DNA from: Fimbriimonadia bacterium
GTDB lineage: Bacteria; Armatimonadota; Fimbriimonadia; Fimbriimonadales; JABRVX01
Direction: 5' to 3'
DNA: 64,000 nucleotides
NCBI GenBank assembly: GCA_041483895.1
Contig: JBGPGO010000004.1
Span: forward strand, 160,001-224,000
Under the pieces are notes generated by a model, which saw nothing but the letters and a program-made list of their open reading frames with translations, made no database searches and was not told where the DNA came from. Position numbers and translations under genes: made by a program. Of the stretch, positions 29,035 to 38,233 are shown piece by piece; the stretch's first letter is position 1, and each line of letters starts with the position of its first letter.

Positions 29035-30021
29035 ATGTCCCGATTCCTGTGGCTTCTGCTGGCGCTGGTTGCCGCCATGCTCGTCTCGGTATTCATCGGC
29101 GCAGAGCGGCTGGCCGTCGCAGACGTGTGGCAGTCGCTGCTGAGCGGACCGAATGGCGGCGACAGCATCGGCACCATTGTCTGGCAGTTGCGGCTCCCTC
29201 GCATCCTCGCCGCCGCGGCGTGCGGATGGATGCTTGCGGCGGCGGGTGTCGGATTTCAGGGTGTGCTGCGCAACCCGCTGGCCGACCCGTACATCACCGG
29301 GGTGGCGGGCGGGGCGGCGGTGGGGGCTTCCTGCGCGGTGTTGTTCGGATTCGCGACCGCCCTCGGAGGGTTTGCCGCTCCCGTTGCCGCGTTTGTGTTC
29401 GCGTTCGGCGGCGCGCTCTTGGTGTTTGGATTGGTGCGCCGGGCGGGACGGATGAACGTCGCCAGCTTCCTCCTGGCCGGCATCGCGATCGGGTCCATGC
29501 TTTGGGCCATCATCACCCTCCTTCTGCTCGTCGCCCACCAACCGTTCGAACGAATTCTCTACTGGCTGATGGGCAGTTTTCAGCAAGCGACATGGGAAAC
29601 GCTTTCCGTCATGGCGATTGTTGGCGGTGTTGGGGTCTTGGGGTTATGGCGGTTGGCGCGGCCCTTGGATGTGTACGCCCTCGGTGAGGAATCGGCGGCA
29701 CATTTGGGCGTGGATGTGGAGCGGGTGAAACGCGGGGCGCTGCTATTTGGATCTCTGGCGACGGCGGCGGCGGTTTCGTTCTTCGGCATCATCGGTTTCG
29801 TGGGCCTCATCGTGCCGCATTTGGCAAGGCGGATGTTCAGCCCGCGCCACGCGCTGCTTTTTCCCTCGGCGGGACTGATGGGGGCAATCTTGTTGGTGTT
29901 GGCCGACACGCTGGCCCGGAGCGCTCTGCCACCGACGGAGATTCCGGTGGGCGTTTTGACCGCGCTGGTGGGTGGCCCGTTTCTGGTTGCCATCGTGCGA
30001 AAGGGTACATTGGCGGCGTGA
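29035..30021 (+). CDS. FecCD/BtuC family ABC permease
   Basis: LRLPRIL, FQGVLRNPLADPYITG, LGEESAAHLGV, IGFVGLIVPHLAR, EIPVGVLTALVGGPF. Confidence 0.95.
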   Translation: MSRFLWLLLALVAAMLVSVFIGAERLAVADVWQSLLSGPNGGDSIGTIVWQLRLPRILAAAACGWMLAAAGVGFQGVLRNPLADPYITGVAGGAAVGASCAVLFGFATALGGFAAPVAAFVFAFGGALLVFGLVRRAGRMNVASFLLAGIAIGSMLWAIITLLLLVAHQPFERILYWLMGSFQQATWETLSVMAIVGGVGVLGLWRLARPLDVYALGEESAAHLGVDVERVKRGALLFGSLATAAAVSFFGIIGFVGLIVPHLARRMFSPRHALLFPSAGLMGAILLVLADTLARSALPPTEIPVGVLTALVGGPFLVAIVRKGTLAA

Positions 30022-30431
30022 AATCCGTCCTCTTCGTTTGTGTTCACAACTCCGGCCGCTCGCAGATGGCGGAGGCGTTTCTCAACCATCTGGCTGCGGA
30101 GCGCGGCCTCGCGGTGCGCGGCCTTTCGGCGGGCACGGCGTCGGGCGGGAGCATCAATCCGCTGGCGCGGCAGGTGATGGACGAGGTTGGCATCTCCATG
30201 GCCGGGCAGGAGCAGAAGCAGCTAACTCTGGAGAAGGCGCAGGCGGCGGACCGGGTGATCACGATGGGCTGTGGGGTGGAGGCCGACCAGTGCCCCGCGG
30301 GGATGATGCCGACGGAAGATTGGGGGCTGGACGATCCGGCGGGCCAGCCGATCGAGGCCGTGCGTGTCATTCGGGATCAGATCCGGGATCGTGTCGGACG
30401 AATGTTGCAGGAGATTGTCGTCGGGCCGTAG
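30018..30431 (+). CDS. arsC: Arsenate reductase ArsC / LMW-PTP family
   Basis: VLFVCVHNSGRSQMAE, ITMGC, CP, DWGLDDP. Confidence 0.88.
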   Translation: MKSVLFVCVHNSGRSQMAEAFLNHLAAERGLAVRGLSAGTASGGSINPLARQVMDEVGISMAGQEQKQLTLEKAQAADRVITMGCGVEADQCPAGMMPTEDWGLDDPAGQPIEAVRVIRDQIRDRVGRMLQEIVVGP

Positions 30432-30445
30432 CTTCGCAAGAATTC

Positions 30446-30477
30446 GTGTTGACAATGTGTTCACAATGTGGTACGAT
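30446..30477 (+). promoter_or_regulatory. Sigma-70 promoter with overlapping direct-repeat operator
   Basis: TTGACA (30449-54), 17 nt, TACGAT (30472-77); repeats GTGTTGACAATGTG / GTGTTCACAATGTG. Confidence 0.75.
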
Positions 30478-30486
30478 CTATGAACT

Positions 30487-30777
30487 ATGAAATCCCAGCC
30501 GAAGCCTGAGCACATCCACATCCGCGCCTCGAAGCATCAAAAGGCATTGTTGGCGGGCGCAGCCCGAAAGAGAGATTTGTCGTTGAGTCAGTTCGTTCTC
30601 CAAGCGGTTTTGCCGGTGGCGAACGACGTCCTTCAACAAAATGCCCAAGATATTCCGCTTCACGTTGAGCTAGACGACGAAGCATGGGCAGAATTCAATC
30701 GCCTCCTAGACGCTCCAGTTCGGGATCTGGCGGAATTGAGAAAGTTGTTGCTTAGCAAACCCGTTTGGGAAGAGTAG
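30487..30777 (+). CDS. DUF1778 (TacA-like RHH) antitoxin
   Basis: IHIRAS..QKALL..AA...SLSQFVL...LDDEAWAEFNRLLDAP..LRKLL. Confidence 0.9.
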   Translation: MKSQPKPEHIHIRASKHQKALLAGAARKRDLSLSQFVLQAVLPVANDVLQQNAQDIPLHVELDDEAWAEFNRLLDAPVRDLAELRKLLLSKPVWEE

Positions 30778-30779
30778 GC

Positions 30780-31280
30780 GTGGTATCAAAACCCGTTCTC
30801 TTGAACGCGACGCACGACATTACAAGTTTTGATTGCGGCAAGGAACCGGTCACCGAATTCTTGAAAAGGTATGCGCTGATGAATCAAGCGGGCGGAGCCA
30901 CTCGGACATATGTTGCTCTGAGTGGCAACAACGTCGTTGGATATTATAGTTTAGCGCCGTATTCGGTCTCCCACAAAGAAGCGCCAGATCGAGTTACTAA
31001 AGGACAGTCCAAACATCGAATACCGTGCATCTTGCTCGCCCGACTGGCAGTTGACAAGAGCCAGCAGGGCAAGGGATTGGGAGGCTCGCTATTCCGGGAC
31101 GCTCTCCTCCGGGCCGATTCCGCTCACTCGGCCGTCGGCGGCAGAGCTTTTCTTGTTCATGCTGTAGACGAAGAAGCGCTAGGGTTTTATGCAAAGTACG
31201 AGATGCTACCTTCGCCCACCAATCCGTTTCATCTCTTCCTACTGTTCAAAGACGTCCGTGCAATTCTCGCCGCCGATTGA
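30780..31280 (+). CDS. GNAT toxin (TacT/AtaT-like)
   Basis: HDITSFDCG, VVGYYSL, IPCILLARLAVD..QGKGLG, VHAVDEEA..FY. Confidence 0.9.
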   Translation: MVSKPVLLNATHDITSFDCGKEPVTEFLKRYALMNQAGGATRTYVALSGNNVVGYYSLAPYSVSHKEAPDRVTKGQSKHRIPCILLARLAVDKSQQGKGLGGSLFRDALLRADSAHSAVGGRAFLVHAVDEEALGFYAKYEMLPSPTNPFHLFLLFKDVRAILAAD

Positions 31281-31403
31281 TTAGTCCACAATCACCCTGA
31301 TCACAACCCGCTTCTTCCGATGACCGTCGAATTCCGCGTAGAACACCCTCTCCTACGGGCCGAGGTCCAGGCGGCCGTTGGTGATCGGGAGCATCACTTG
31401 GTG
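31281..31403 (-). pseudogene. yjbQ: 3' fragment of yjbQ (UPF0047 family)
   Basis: [39 protein letters not shown]; TAG at 31353-31355 replaces the conserved Trp; no 5' part present. Confidence 0.8.
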
Positions 31404-31420
31404 TCAGAGGAGTAGGCGGT

Positions 31421-32239
31421 TCAAGTGCGCAACTCGCTGTTGTCTATGAGTCTTGTATTGCCGATCCATGCGGCGATACAGAGTCGAGACTCTGCGTCGA
31501 GCGATTCGATGCGTTGCAGGGTGATGGAATCGACGACGTGAATGTAGTCGATGCGGACCGCGTCAATGACTTCGGTAGCCAGGCCCTCGATGGCTGCGGT
31601 GGAGCGTTCTCCGGACTGGACCGCTTGCTGCGCGGCCTGCAACGCTTGATAGATGGTGAGGGCGCGGCGGCGATCGTCGGGTGAGAGGTAGGCGTTGCGG
31701 GAGCTCATCGCCAATCCGTCCGGCTCGCGCACAGTGGAGCAGCGGACAATCTGCGTCGGGATTTCGAGGTCCGACACCATCTGCTCAATGATGCGAAGCT
31801 GTTGGAAATCCTTCTCGCCAAAGTAGGCGCGGTCTGGCTGGACGATGTTGAACAGCTTGCACACCACCGTCGCCACACCCGCAAAGTGCCCCGGACGGAA
31901 GGGACCGCACAGCCCTTCCGCCAGCGCGCCGGGCCGCACTGTCGTCTGCCAACCCTCCATGTATATCTCCTCTGGCGCCGGCGCGAAGACTGCCTCCGCC
32001 CGCGCCTCCATTGCCAATTCGTAGTCCCGGTCAAACGGCTTTGGGTAGCGAGAGAAGTCCTCGTTTGGCCCAAATTGGGTCGGGTTTACGAAGATGGAGA
32101 CGACGGTCGGACCGTCTCTTGCGGAGCGGCGGATGAGGGATAGGTGGCCTTCGTGCAAGGCACCCATGGTGGGCACGAGGCACACGTTGGTCGCATTAGA
32201 GCGCCACTCCCGAACTTCTCCAATCGTGCGAAGAATCAT
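31421..32239 (-). CDS. panC: Pantoate--beta-alanine ligase
   Basis: VPTMGALHEGHLSL, SIFVNPTQF, RPGHF, FGEKDFQQ, GLAMSSRN, TRLIDN. Confidence 0.97.
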   Translation of the reverse strand: MILRTIGEVREWRSNATNVCLVPTMGALHEGHLSLIRRSARDGPTVVSIFVNPTQFGPNEDFSRYPKPFDRDYELAMEARAEAVFAPAPEEIYMEGWQTTVRPGALAEGLCGPFRPGHFAGVATVVCKLFNIVQPDRAYFGEKDFQQLRIIEQMVSDLEIPTQIVRCSTVREPDGLAMSSRNAYLSPDDRRRALTIYQALQAAQQAVQSGERSTAAIEGLATEVIDAVRIDYIHVVDSITLQRIESLDAESRLCIAAWIGNTRLIDNSELRT

Positions 32240-32252
32240 GCGTGCGGAAAAA

Positions 32253-32300
32253 CCCCCACCCTAACCCTCCCCCTTACTCGTTCCTCGCAAGGGGGAGGGA
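32253..32300. repeat. CCCTCCCCC...GGGGGAGGG intergenic palindromic repeat
   Basis: CCCCCACCCTAACCCTCCCCCTT...AAGGGGGAGGG hairpin between the translin gene and panC. Confidence 0.65.
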
Positions 32301-32305
32301 ATTTA

Positions 32306-32944
32306 TCATTTGTCCAGTTTCGACGATACATCTTCGAGCGCCGTCAGCAACTGTCTTTGCGTGGACGTGACTGCAAGGTCTGAGCGCGTCCGCTCCAGCA
32401 CTCCCCGCAAGGAATCGCACGTCCGGCGCAATCCGCCTGTCAGCACGTCCGGAAAATCGAACGTGATCAACTCCGCGTAGATTTCATCCATCACTTCCAG
32501 CAACTTTTCGGCGTCATCCATCTTCCCATGACGCATGAGATCGAGCACGTAGCGCCGGCATTCGGAAGACGCCTCGGCCATGCCGTTGAGATAGGCCGAC
32601 ACCATAACACCGAGAGATTCGAAAGACGGCAGAGGCATCCATTGCACCATCGCAAACACCGCGTTGGCCTCGACGAACTCCTTCTCCGCGTCGCTTCGAT
32701 AGCCGGAAAATGCAAGTTCCGGAAACGGCGCGAGCGCGGCCTGCATATCGCGCACCATTGTCTTCGTTTCAGCGAGCAGCGCCTGCGCGTCGTCAAACTG
32801 GTGGCGATGGATATTGCGTATGGACTTGCTGCTGTTTTGGATCACCTTGCGGCAGAGCGACAGCGCATCCTCCCTTCCCTGGTGTTGCTCTGTCAGCCGT
32901 TCGCGCAGGGACTGCATGACGTCCAACCATCCGCTCTCTTTCAT
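32306..32944 (-). CDS. Translin/TRAX-family protein
   Basis: RE..L..CR..I..S..SI..IH, KEFVEA, YLNGMAE..SE.RR..LD, MDEIY, GLRR..D..R..LERT. Confidence 0.8.
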   Translation of the reverse strand: MKESGWLDVMQSLRERLTEQHQGREDALSLCRKVIQNSSKSIRNIHRHQFDDAQALLAETKTMVRDMQAALAPFPELAFSGYRSDAEKEFVEANAVFAMVQWMPLPSFESLGVMVSAYLNGMAEASSECRRYVLDLMRHGKMDDAEKLLEVMDEIYAELITFDFPDVLTGGLRRTCDSLRGVLERTRSDLAVTSTQRQLLTALEDVSSKLDK

Positions 32945-33591
32945 AGATAGCCTCTTTCTTGCAAACTGACGTGTCGGTCCTCCCCAAGGATCACATGGTC
33001 GAGCAATTCGATTCCTAGAATCCGTCCTGCATCGGCCAATCGTCGGGTTACGTTGATGTCCTCATGGCTTGGTTCCGGATCGCCGCTCGGGTGATTATGC
33101 GCCACGATGATGCTGGCAGCGCCTTCTTTGATCGCGTCCCGAAAAACCTCTCTAGGATGAACGACCGCCGCGTCGAGGGCTCCAATAGAAATCGTCTTGC
33201 GCCGTAGAATATTGGATTTTGAGTCCAAGAAGATCGCGCAAAAATGCTCCTTTTTTTCATCGCGCAGGTGTCGGAACTCCGCAGCCACATCCGCGGGATC
33301 GCCAATAGTCGTACGTTCCCCCAAACCCGATTGCATCACCCGGCGGCCCAGCTCGATCGCGGCGAGGACCCGGGCCATCGCTTCTTCTTCGATTTCTTGC
33401 TCCAAAAGATCCTCGCGGCAAAGATCGACCAGCTTTCGTATGCCGCCGACCGACTCGACCAATTTCCTGGCCCGATTGAGATCGTCGCCTTGGCCCCCCA
33501 TCAAAACGGCAAGCAGCTCCATCGGCGCCAGCGAACCGACGCCAAGACGATGGAGACGCAGGGTGAGATCATCGGGCTCAGACACCCCCAT
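32941..33591 (-). CDS. radC: RadC (JAB domain) protein
   Basis: ELLAVL, AAIELGRR, EHF, VHPREVF, AHNHPSGDPEPSHED, LLDHVI. Confidence 0.96.
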   Translation of the reverse strand: MGVSEPDDLTLRLHRLGVGSLAPMELLAVLMGGQGDDLNRARKLVESVGGIRKLVDLCREDLLEQEIEEEAMARVLAAIELGRRVMQSGLGERTTIGDPADVAAEFRHLRDEKKEHFCAIFLDSKSNILRRKTISIGALDAAVVHPREVFRDAIKEGAASIIVAHNHPSGDPEPSHEDINVTRRLADAGRILGIELLDHVILGEDRHVSLQERGYL

Positions 33592-33598
33592 AGGGTAC

Positions 33599-34453
33599 CT
33601 AGTTTAGGTCGCGTCGGGAAAATACTATGTTCGCGAGGAGCAAGAATCCGATGATGTAGGCGAAGATGTAGAACTGATCAAACGAGGTATAGGTGAGATG
33701 CTCGCCCGCGCGCCGCCCCATCTCGCGGCGCATCGCTGGGACCATTCCCTGCTCCAAACTTCCGAACCAAGTGGCAAGGCGGCCGTGCGGAATTAACCAG
33801 TCGCTAAGGACTTCCAGCTTGCGCAGGCTTTCGTTTTGCGTTATCTCGGCGATGATGTGGATGATGGTGTCGCCGATAAACGTGAACGAGTAGAGGGTGG
33901 CAGTGAGCATCAATGACATAACCATGCTGCCAAACGAAGAAAAGGCAATCGTCAGCGTACCATATAGCACAGGGTATAGCAGCATCACGCCCAGCATCGG
34001 CCAATTGATGGCGTAGCCGGCCAAATGTCCATATATGGCGGAGCAGAGCGCCCAGTTGACGCCGATGCAAAGCAGAATAATCACGTCCGCAAACAAAACC
34101 ACGCCGAGCCATTTACCCATCACGACCTGGAAACGAAAGATCGGCTTTGTGACAACCGAAGAAAGAACTCCCTTATCGATCTCCGCGCTGATTTGGCCCG
34201 CGGCGAGTACGATGGCAATGATGCAGGTGAAGAACAGAATGATGCGTGCCCCGACAAACTGGGCGGTGAAAATTCCCTGCCGAAGTCGTTCCTCTTGCGG
34301 CATCATTTGCAATCGATCGGCCTGGCTGAAAGCTCTCGGCACAATGGAATCGATGACGATAAGGCCGGCGAGAATTACGAACGCCCACAACCAAACCTTC
34401 TTGCGCAGCGCCTCCCTCAATGTGATCGATGTGATGAGCAGCAGTTGTCGCAT
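33599..34453 (-). CDS. ABC transporter permease (ABC-2 type)
   Basis: ITLREALRKK, EIDKG...KPI.R..VV.GKWLG, FSRRDL; multiple TMs. Confidence 0.88.
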   Translation of the reverse strand: MRQLLLITSITLREALRKKVWLWAFVILAGLIVIDSIVPRAFSQADRLQMMPQEERLRQGIFTAQFVGARIILFFTCIIAIVLAAGQISAEIDKGVLSSVVTKPIFRFQVVMGKWLGVVLFADVIILLCIGVNWALCSAIYGHLAGYAINWPMLGVMLLYPVLYGTLTIAFSSFGSMVMSLMLTATLYSFTFIGDTIIHIIAEITQNESLRKLEVLSDWLIPHGRLATWFGSLEQGMVPAMRREMGRRAGEHLTYTSFDQFYIFAYIIGFLLLANIVFSRRDLN

Positions 34454-35391
34454 CAGTTGCTCGGGCTGACGCCCGACTCCTCGATGGTTCGGATAAAGAA
34501 ATCCTCCAACGATTCGCGCTGGTAGCTCATGTGCATCAGTTTGGCATTGGTGTTCACGATGGCCTCCGCGATGGCCGGTATGTCCTCATCGCGCTCAACG
34601 CCGACCGTCAAATGAGCGCCGTTGCTCTGGATGATCGAGCCGATGGTTGCGATCTGTCGGAGCGTCTCCTCGCCGATGTCGTTCGCCTCCACCTCAACAA
34701 CAGAGCGGGTGGTCAGCAATTGATCCAAGGTGCCCTGGCGGATCACTTTCCCCTTGTTGATGATGGCGAGGCTGTCGCAGGAAAGCTCGACTTCCGATAA
34801 CAGGTGGGAGTTGAGCATCACACTCGTTCCTCGCGACTTTAGTTCGCCGATGATGTCTCGGACCTGCCGCCTTCCGATCGGATCGAGCGCGGAGGTCGGC
34901 TCGTCCAAAATAACCAGGTCCGGATTGTGGATAATCGCCTGCGCAAGGCCAATGCGCTGCTGCATGCCTTTTGAGAACTCTCGAATCCGACTCTTGCGCC
35001 GGTCCGTTAGGCCCACGATGGAAAGAGTCTCATCCGTGCGGCGGCGCAGGTCCGGCCAGTCCATACCGGACAGCCGGCCGTGAAAATGGAGAAACTCTTC
35101 GGCTGTGAGAAAGTCATGAAATTGAAATTTCTCCGGCAGGAAGCCGATCCGACGCTTCACGGCGAGCGATCCGATCGCCATGCCGAAGATCTGCGCGGAG
35201 CCGGCGGTTGGAAAGACGTTGCCGAGCAGCATTTGGATCATCGTGGTCTTCCCCGCGCCGTTAGGACCCAACAGGCCAAATACAGCGCCGGTGGCAACAG
35301 TCAGGTCCACGCCATCGACGGCGGCGACCCCCGCGCCAATCATGCCCTTATAGACCTTGCGCAACCCTCGCGTTTCGATTACAGCGTCCAA
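34453..35391 (-). CDS. ABC transporter ATP-binding protein
   Basis: GPNGAGKT, FSKGMQQR, ILDEPT, SH. Confidence 0.95.
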   Translation of the reverse strand: MDAVIETRGLRKVYKGMIGAGVAAVDGVDLTVATGAVFGLLGPNGAGKTTMIQMLLGNVFPTAGSAQIFGMAIGSLAVKRRIGFLPEKFQFHDFLTAEEFLHFHGRLSGMDWPDLRRRTDETLSIVGLTDRRKSRIREFSKGMQQRIGLAQAIIHNPDLVILDEPTSALDPIGRRQVRDIIGELKSRGTSVMLNSHLLSEVELSCDSLAIINKGKVIRQGTLDQLLTTRSVVEVEANDIGEETLRQIATIGSIIQSNGAHLTVGVERDEDIPAIAEAIVNTNAKLMHMSYQRESLEDFFIRTIEESGVSPSN

Positions 35392-35412
35392 CTTGGCCTT
35401 TCTACCCCACCT

Positions 35413-36471
35413 TTAAGCCTCATTGGGCTGTTCCTGGGTATTTTGCGTTGATTCATCATCACTTTGCACGGGGCGAAGAAGCAAGCGCTCCTCCACTTCC
35501 CCCTGCCCCGCCGGACGGAGCAGCGTCTGCGCCTCCTCATCGATGGCGGTGGCGGCCCGAAGCAGCGTTGGCATTTCCTTTCGCATTTGCAGCGTTCGTT
35601 CGAGGATCGGGATGGTTTCCTTGATGGAGTCATGAACCTCCGCCCTCGTTGGCCCCTCCTTAACCAGCAGCCGGAATAAATGCAGGGTCGAATCGTTGCC
35701 GATGAACCCGTGCGCGCGAATAGCCCGCACGGCAAGCTCTGCGTCGTTGGATTGGATTAGATTGAGGAGCGCCCTTCTTTCGCGGCTATGGAAGATGCCG
35801 GCATGCTCCATTCGCAGCTTGGGCAAGAGGCTGAGCAGCGCGGGTGTGGTGGACTTTCGCAGTTCGCGTTGGCGGTGCGCAACGGCCAGGACGCCGCAGG
35901 ACGCCGGGTCGCCGATCTCGCGCAGCGCGTTCGCCACCGTCCGTCGCACCGGGAAGGCGAGGTCAACGGAGAGCCATCCTCCGACAAAGAACATGACACA
36001 GAAGCCGGCCCATTTGAACATCCAAAATGCGGCGATGACGATTGCCAAACCCACCCACCGCCACACCCACCTCTGCCAGCCGATCCGCTTATGCTCCTTC
36101 CGCAGGTGGTCAATGAGCGCGTCCACCGACGATTCTCCACCGATGCGCCCCAGGACCGGCGCGATGCGGCGAATCTCCCCCGGCTCCTCTTCCAACAGCT
36201 CCAACAGCCGCGTCTCACCCGTTTTGCCCCACTGAACAAACGCCGCCTGGGACATTCCGACCACCTTTGGGTTGGTTGAGCGCAGGCAGTTGGAAAGATA
36301 TCGGAAACGCTTGTCCCCCCGGTCCGGCGTGAGCTGGCGGCCCTTCTTGCATACCGGGCATTCCCACTGCTTTCCGGGCTTTGGCAATTCGTCGGGGCAC
36401 GGTTCGCCGCATTTGGAACAGAATGCGACCGCCGCGTCCGGAATGCCGCTGGGTTCTTGGTAGCTAGCCAT
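35413..36471 (-). CDS. Hypothetical Zn-ribbon / HEAT-repeat membrane protein with triple LLR tail
   Basis: CSKC...WECPVC; LGRIGG, ALREIGD HEAT-like units; 2 TMs; TLLRAA...TLLRPA...LLLRP. Confidence 0.72.
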   Translation of the reverse strand: MASYQEPSGIPDAAVAFCSKCGEPCPDELPKPGKQWECPVCKKGRQLTPDRGDKRFRYLSNCLRSTNPKVVGMSQAAFVQWGKTGETRLLELLEEEPGEIRRIAPVLGRIGGESSVDALIDHLRKEHKRIGWQRWVWRWVGLAIVIAAFWMFKWAGFCVMFFVGGWLSVDLAFPVRRTVANALREIGDPASCGVLAVAHRQRELRKSTTPALLSLLPKLRMEHAGIFHSRERRALLNLIQSNDAELAVRAIRAHGFIGNDSTLHLFRLLVKEGPTRAEVHDSIKETIPILERTLQMRKEMPTLLRAATAIDEEAQTLLRPAGQGEVEERLLLRPVQSDDESTQNTQEQPNEA

Positions 36472-36499
36472 CGTTACCAGAATCATACTCGCACCGGGA

Positions 36500-36528
36500 T
36501 TGACTTCGTCCCGGCAATCGGGTACATT
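36500..36528 (+). promoter_or_regulatory. Sigma-70 promoter of rplJL
   Basis: TTGACT, 17 nt, TACATT. Confidence 0.65.
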
Positions 36529-36534
36529 GGCGCG

Positions 36535-36672
36535 GTCTCAAAGACAGCAGGAGCTTCGGCTTAATCATTCCTGCCGAGGGGCGAAGGGCAATCACATACG
36601 ATTTTCAGCCCGGGAGTCTCGTGTCCGCGAGGCTCCCGGCGCTTTATTTGCGGCGGGGATTGGAGGAAAGAA
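36535..36672 (+). ncRNA. Ribosomal protein L10 leader with attenuator-like hairpin
   Basis: AAGACAGCAGG...CTTAA...CCTGCCGAG core upstream of rplJ, then GGGAGTCTCG/CGAGGCTCCC hairpin followed by TTTATTT. Confidence 0.8.
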
Positions 36673-37197
36673 ATGCCTACGGCAGCCAAGGCAAAGATTA
36701 TTGACGAAACGAAGGCGCTGTGCGAGCGGTCGTCCGGCCTCATCTTTACGGAGTACAGGGGCCTGACGGTCAGGTCGCTGCAACTGCTTCGCAAGCAGCT
36801 CAAAGAGTCCGGGACGGAATATCATGTGGTGAAGAACACATTGTTCCGCCGGGCCTACTCGGAGCAGGTGGACAACATCCCGATCGAAATGACGTCCGGC
36901 CCCACGGCCATCGCCTTTTTCGAAGGGGACGAGTCGGCGGTGGCCAAGTCGCTCGCGGATTTCCAGAAGCAGCATCCGGAGCTTGTGTTCAAGGGAGGCT
37001 ACATAGCCGGTCAAGTGCTGGACGAGAATCAGATCAAGGTGCTTTCGAAGCTCCCAACGAAGCCGGAGCTGATCTCTCAACTGCTCAGCATCGTGGAAGC
37101 GCCCGTCCGCAACATCGCAGGCATCCTGAACGAGTCGCTCGCCCAGGTGGTTCGCGTAATCGGCGCAATCGAAGAACAAAAGGCCGGCGCGGCCTAG
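36673..37197 (+). CDS. rplJ: 50S ribosomal protein L10
   Basis: EYRGLTV, VVKNTL, GPTAIAF, KLPTKPEL. Confidence 0.97.
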   Translation: MPTAAKAKIIDETKALCERSSGLIFTEYRGLTVRSLQLLRKQLKESGTEYHVVKNTLFRRAYSEQVDNIPIEMTSGPTAIAFFEGDESAVAKSLADFQKQHPELVFKGGYIAGQVLDENQIKVLSKLPTKPELISQLLSIVEAPVRNIAGILNESLAQVVRVIGAIEEQKAGAA

Positions 37198-37214
37198 AAT
37201 TTTAGGAGAAAGAA

Positions 37215-37595
37215 ATGGCAAATGCTACTGTGGATAAGGCCGTTGAGCTGATCAGCGGCATGACGGCGATGGACCTTTCGGAGCTGAAGACCGCTCTTGA
37301 GGAAAAGTTCGGCGTGACCGCGGCTGCTCCGATGATGGGGATGCCGATGATGGCCGGCGCTCCCGCCGAGGCGGTGGAAGAGAAGAGCACGTTCGACGTG
37401 ATTCTGGCGGCGACCGGCGATCAGAAGCTTCAGGTCATCAAGGCCGTTCGCGAATTGACGTCGCTCGGCCTGAAAGAGGCAAAGGACCTAGTAGACAGCG
37501 CTCCGGCCCCGGTCAAGGAAGGCGCTTCCAAGGAAGATGCCGACAAGATGAAGGCGGCGTTGGAAGCGGTCGGCGCGAAAGTCGAAATCAAGTAG
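37215..37595 (+). CDS. rplL: 50S ribosomal protein L7/L12
   Basis: [29 protein letters not shown]. Confidence 0.98.
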   Translation: MANATVDKAVELISGMTAMDLSELKTALEEKFGVTAAAPMMGMPMMAGAPAEAVEEKSTFDVILAATGDQKLQVIKAVRELTSLGLKEAKDLVDSAPAPVKEGASKEDADKMKAALEAVGAKVEIK

Positions 37596-37607
37596 GTTCG
37601 GTTCACT

Positions 37608-37646
37608 GCCGGGGTCTTGGCCAATGGTTCGGGACCCCGGCTTTTT
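37608..37646 (+). terminator. Intrinsic terminator after rplL
   Basis: GCCGGGGTC...GACCCCGGC followed by TTTTT. Confidence 0.8.
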
Positions 37647-37655
37647 GGGTGTGAC

Positions 37656-37952
37656 TTAGTTAATCGGGGAAGTCCGGTTGCTCTTCCAGTTCCCGCTGCC
37701 CTCGGTGTCTCGATCCGGAATTTCCATCTTGGACGGGCCGTTCGGCCGCGGGGGCGCTGCGTGGCTGCTCTGCTCAATCTGCTGCATGATCTGGTCCGGC
37801 GTCTGACCGGGCGCCGCCTCCGGCTGTTGCTTCTGAGGTGCGTCCTCATCATCGCCAGAGACGACCGGGGAGCCGCCTCCCATCAAGAACATGGCGAGGA
37901 ACAGCATGATGACGATTGTAACCAGCAAAATTGGCGATCCGCGCTTCCGCAT
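37656..37952 (-). CDS. Small hypothetical exported protein
   Basis: GGAGG RBS, MRKRGSPILLVTIVIMLF hydrophobic N-terminus. Confidence 0.65.
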   Translation of the reverse strand: MRKRGSPILLVTIVIMLFLAMFLMGGGSPVVSGDDEDAPQKQQPEAAPGQTPDQIMQQIEQSSHAAPPRPNGPSKMEIPDRDTEGSGNWKSNRTSPIN

Positions 37953-38024
37953 AGTCGTGCCTCCCGATCTTCTGATTGTACATACGTTTCCTGGGTGCAG
38001 GTCAATTCCCGGGCGCGTTATCCT

Positions 38025-38112
38025 GCGCAAGCTAGAGCTTGCGGCTACCCGAGACTCCTTTTCTTTGACGATCGCATCGTCAACGGCGCGCAAGCTAAAG
38101 CTTGCGGCTACC
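38025..38112 (-). repeat. Two direct GTAG-REP copies flanking a 19-bp palindrome
   Basis: GGTAGCCGCAAGCT(C/T)TAGCTTGCGC on the minus strand at 38025-38049 and 38088-38112; TTGACGATCGCATCGTCAA at 38065-38083. Confidence 0.8.
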
Positions 38113-38142
38113 GGTGGGGATCGGATAAAATCTGCTCCCCTA

Positions 38143-38227
38143 GCGCGGGTGGCGGAATTGGCAGACGCGCATGCTTGAGGTGCATGTGAGGCAACTCGTG
38201 GGGGTTCGAGTCCCCCCCTGCGCACCA
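38143..38227 (+). tRNA. tRNA-Leu (anticodon GAG)
   Basis: GCGCGGGTGGCGGAATTGGCAGACGCGCATGCTT-GAG-GTGCATG...GTTCGAGTCCCCCCCTGCGCACCA; long variable arm. Confidence 0.97.
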
Positions 38228-38233
38228 GATTCC

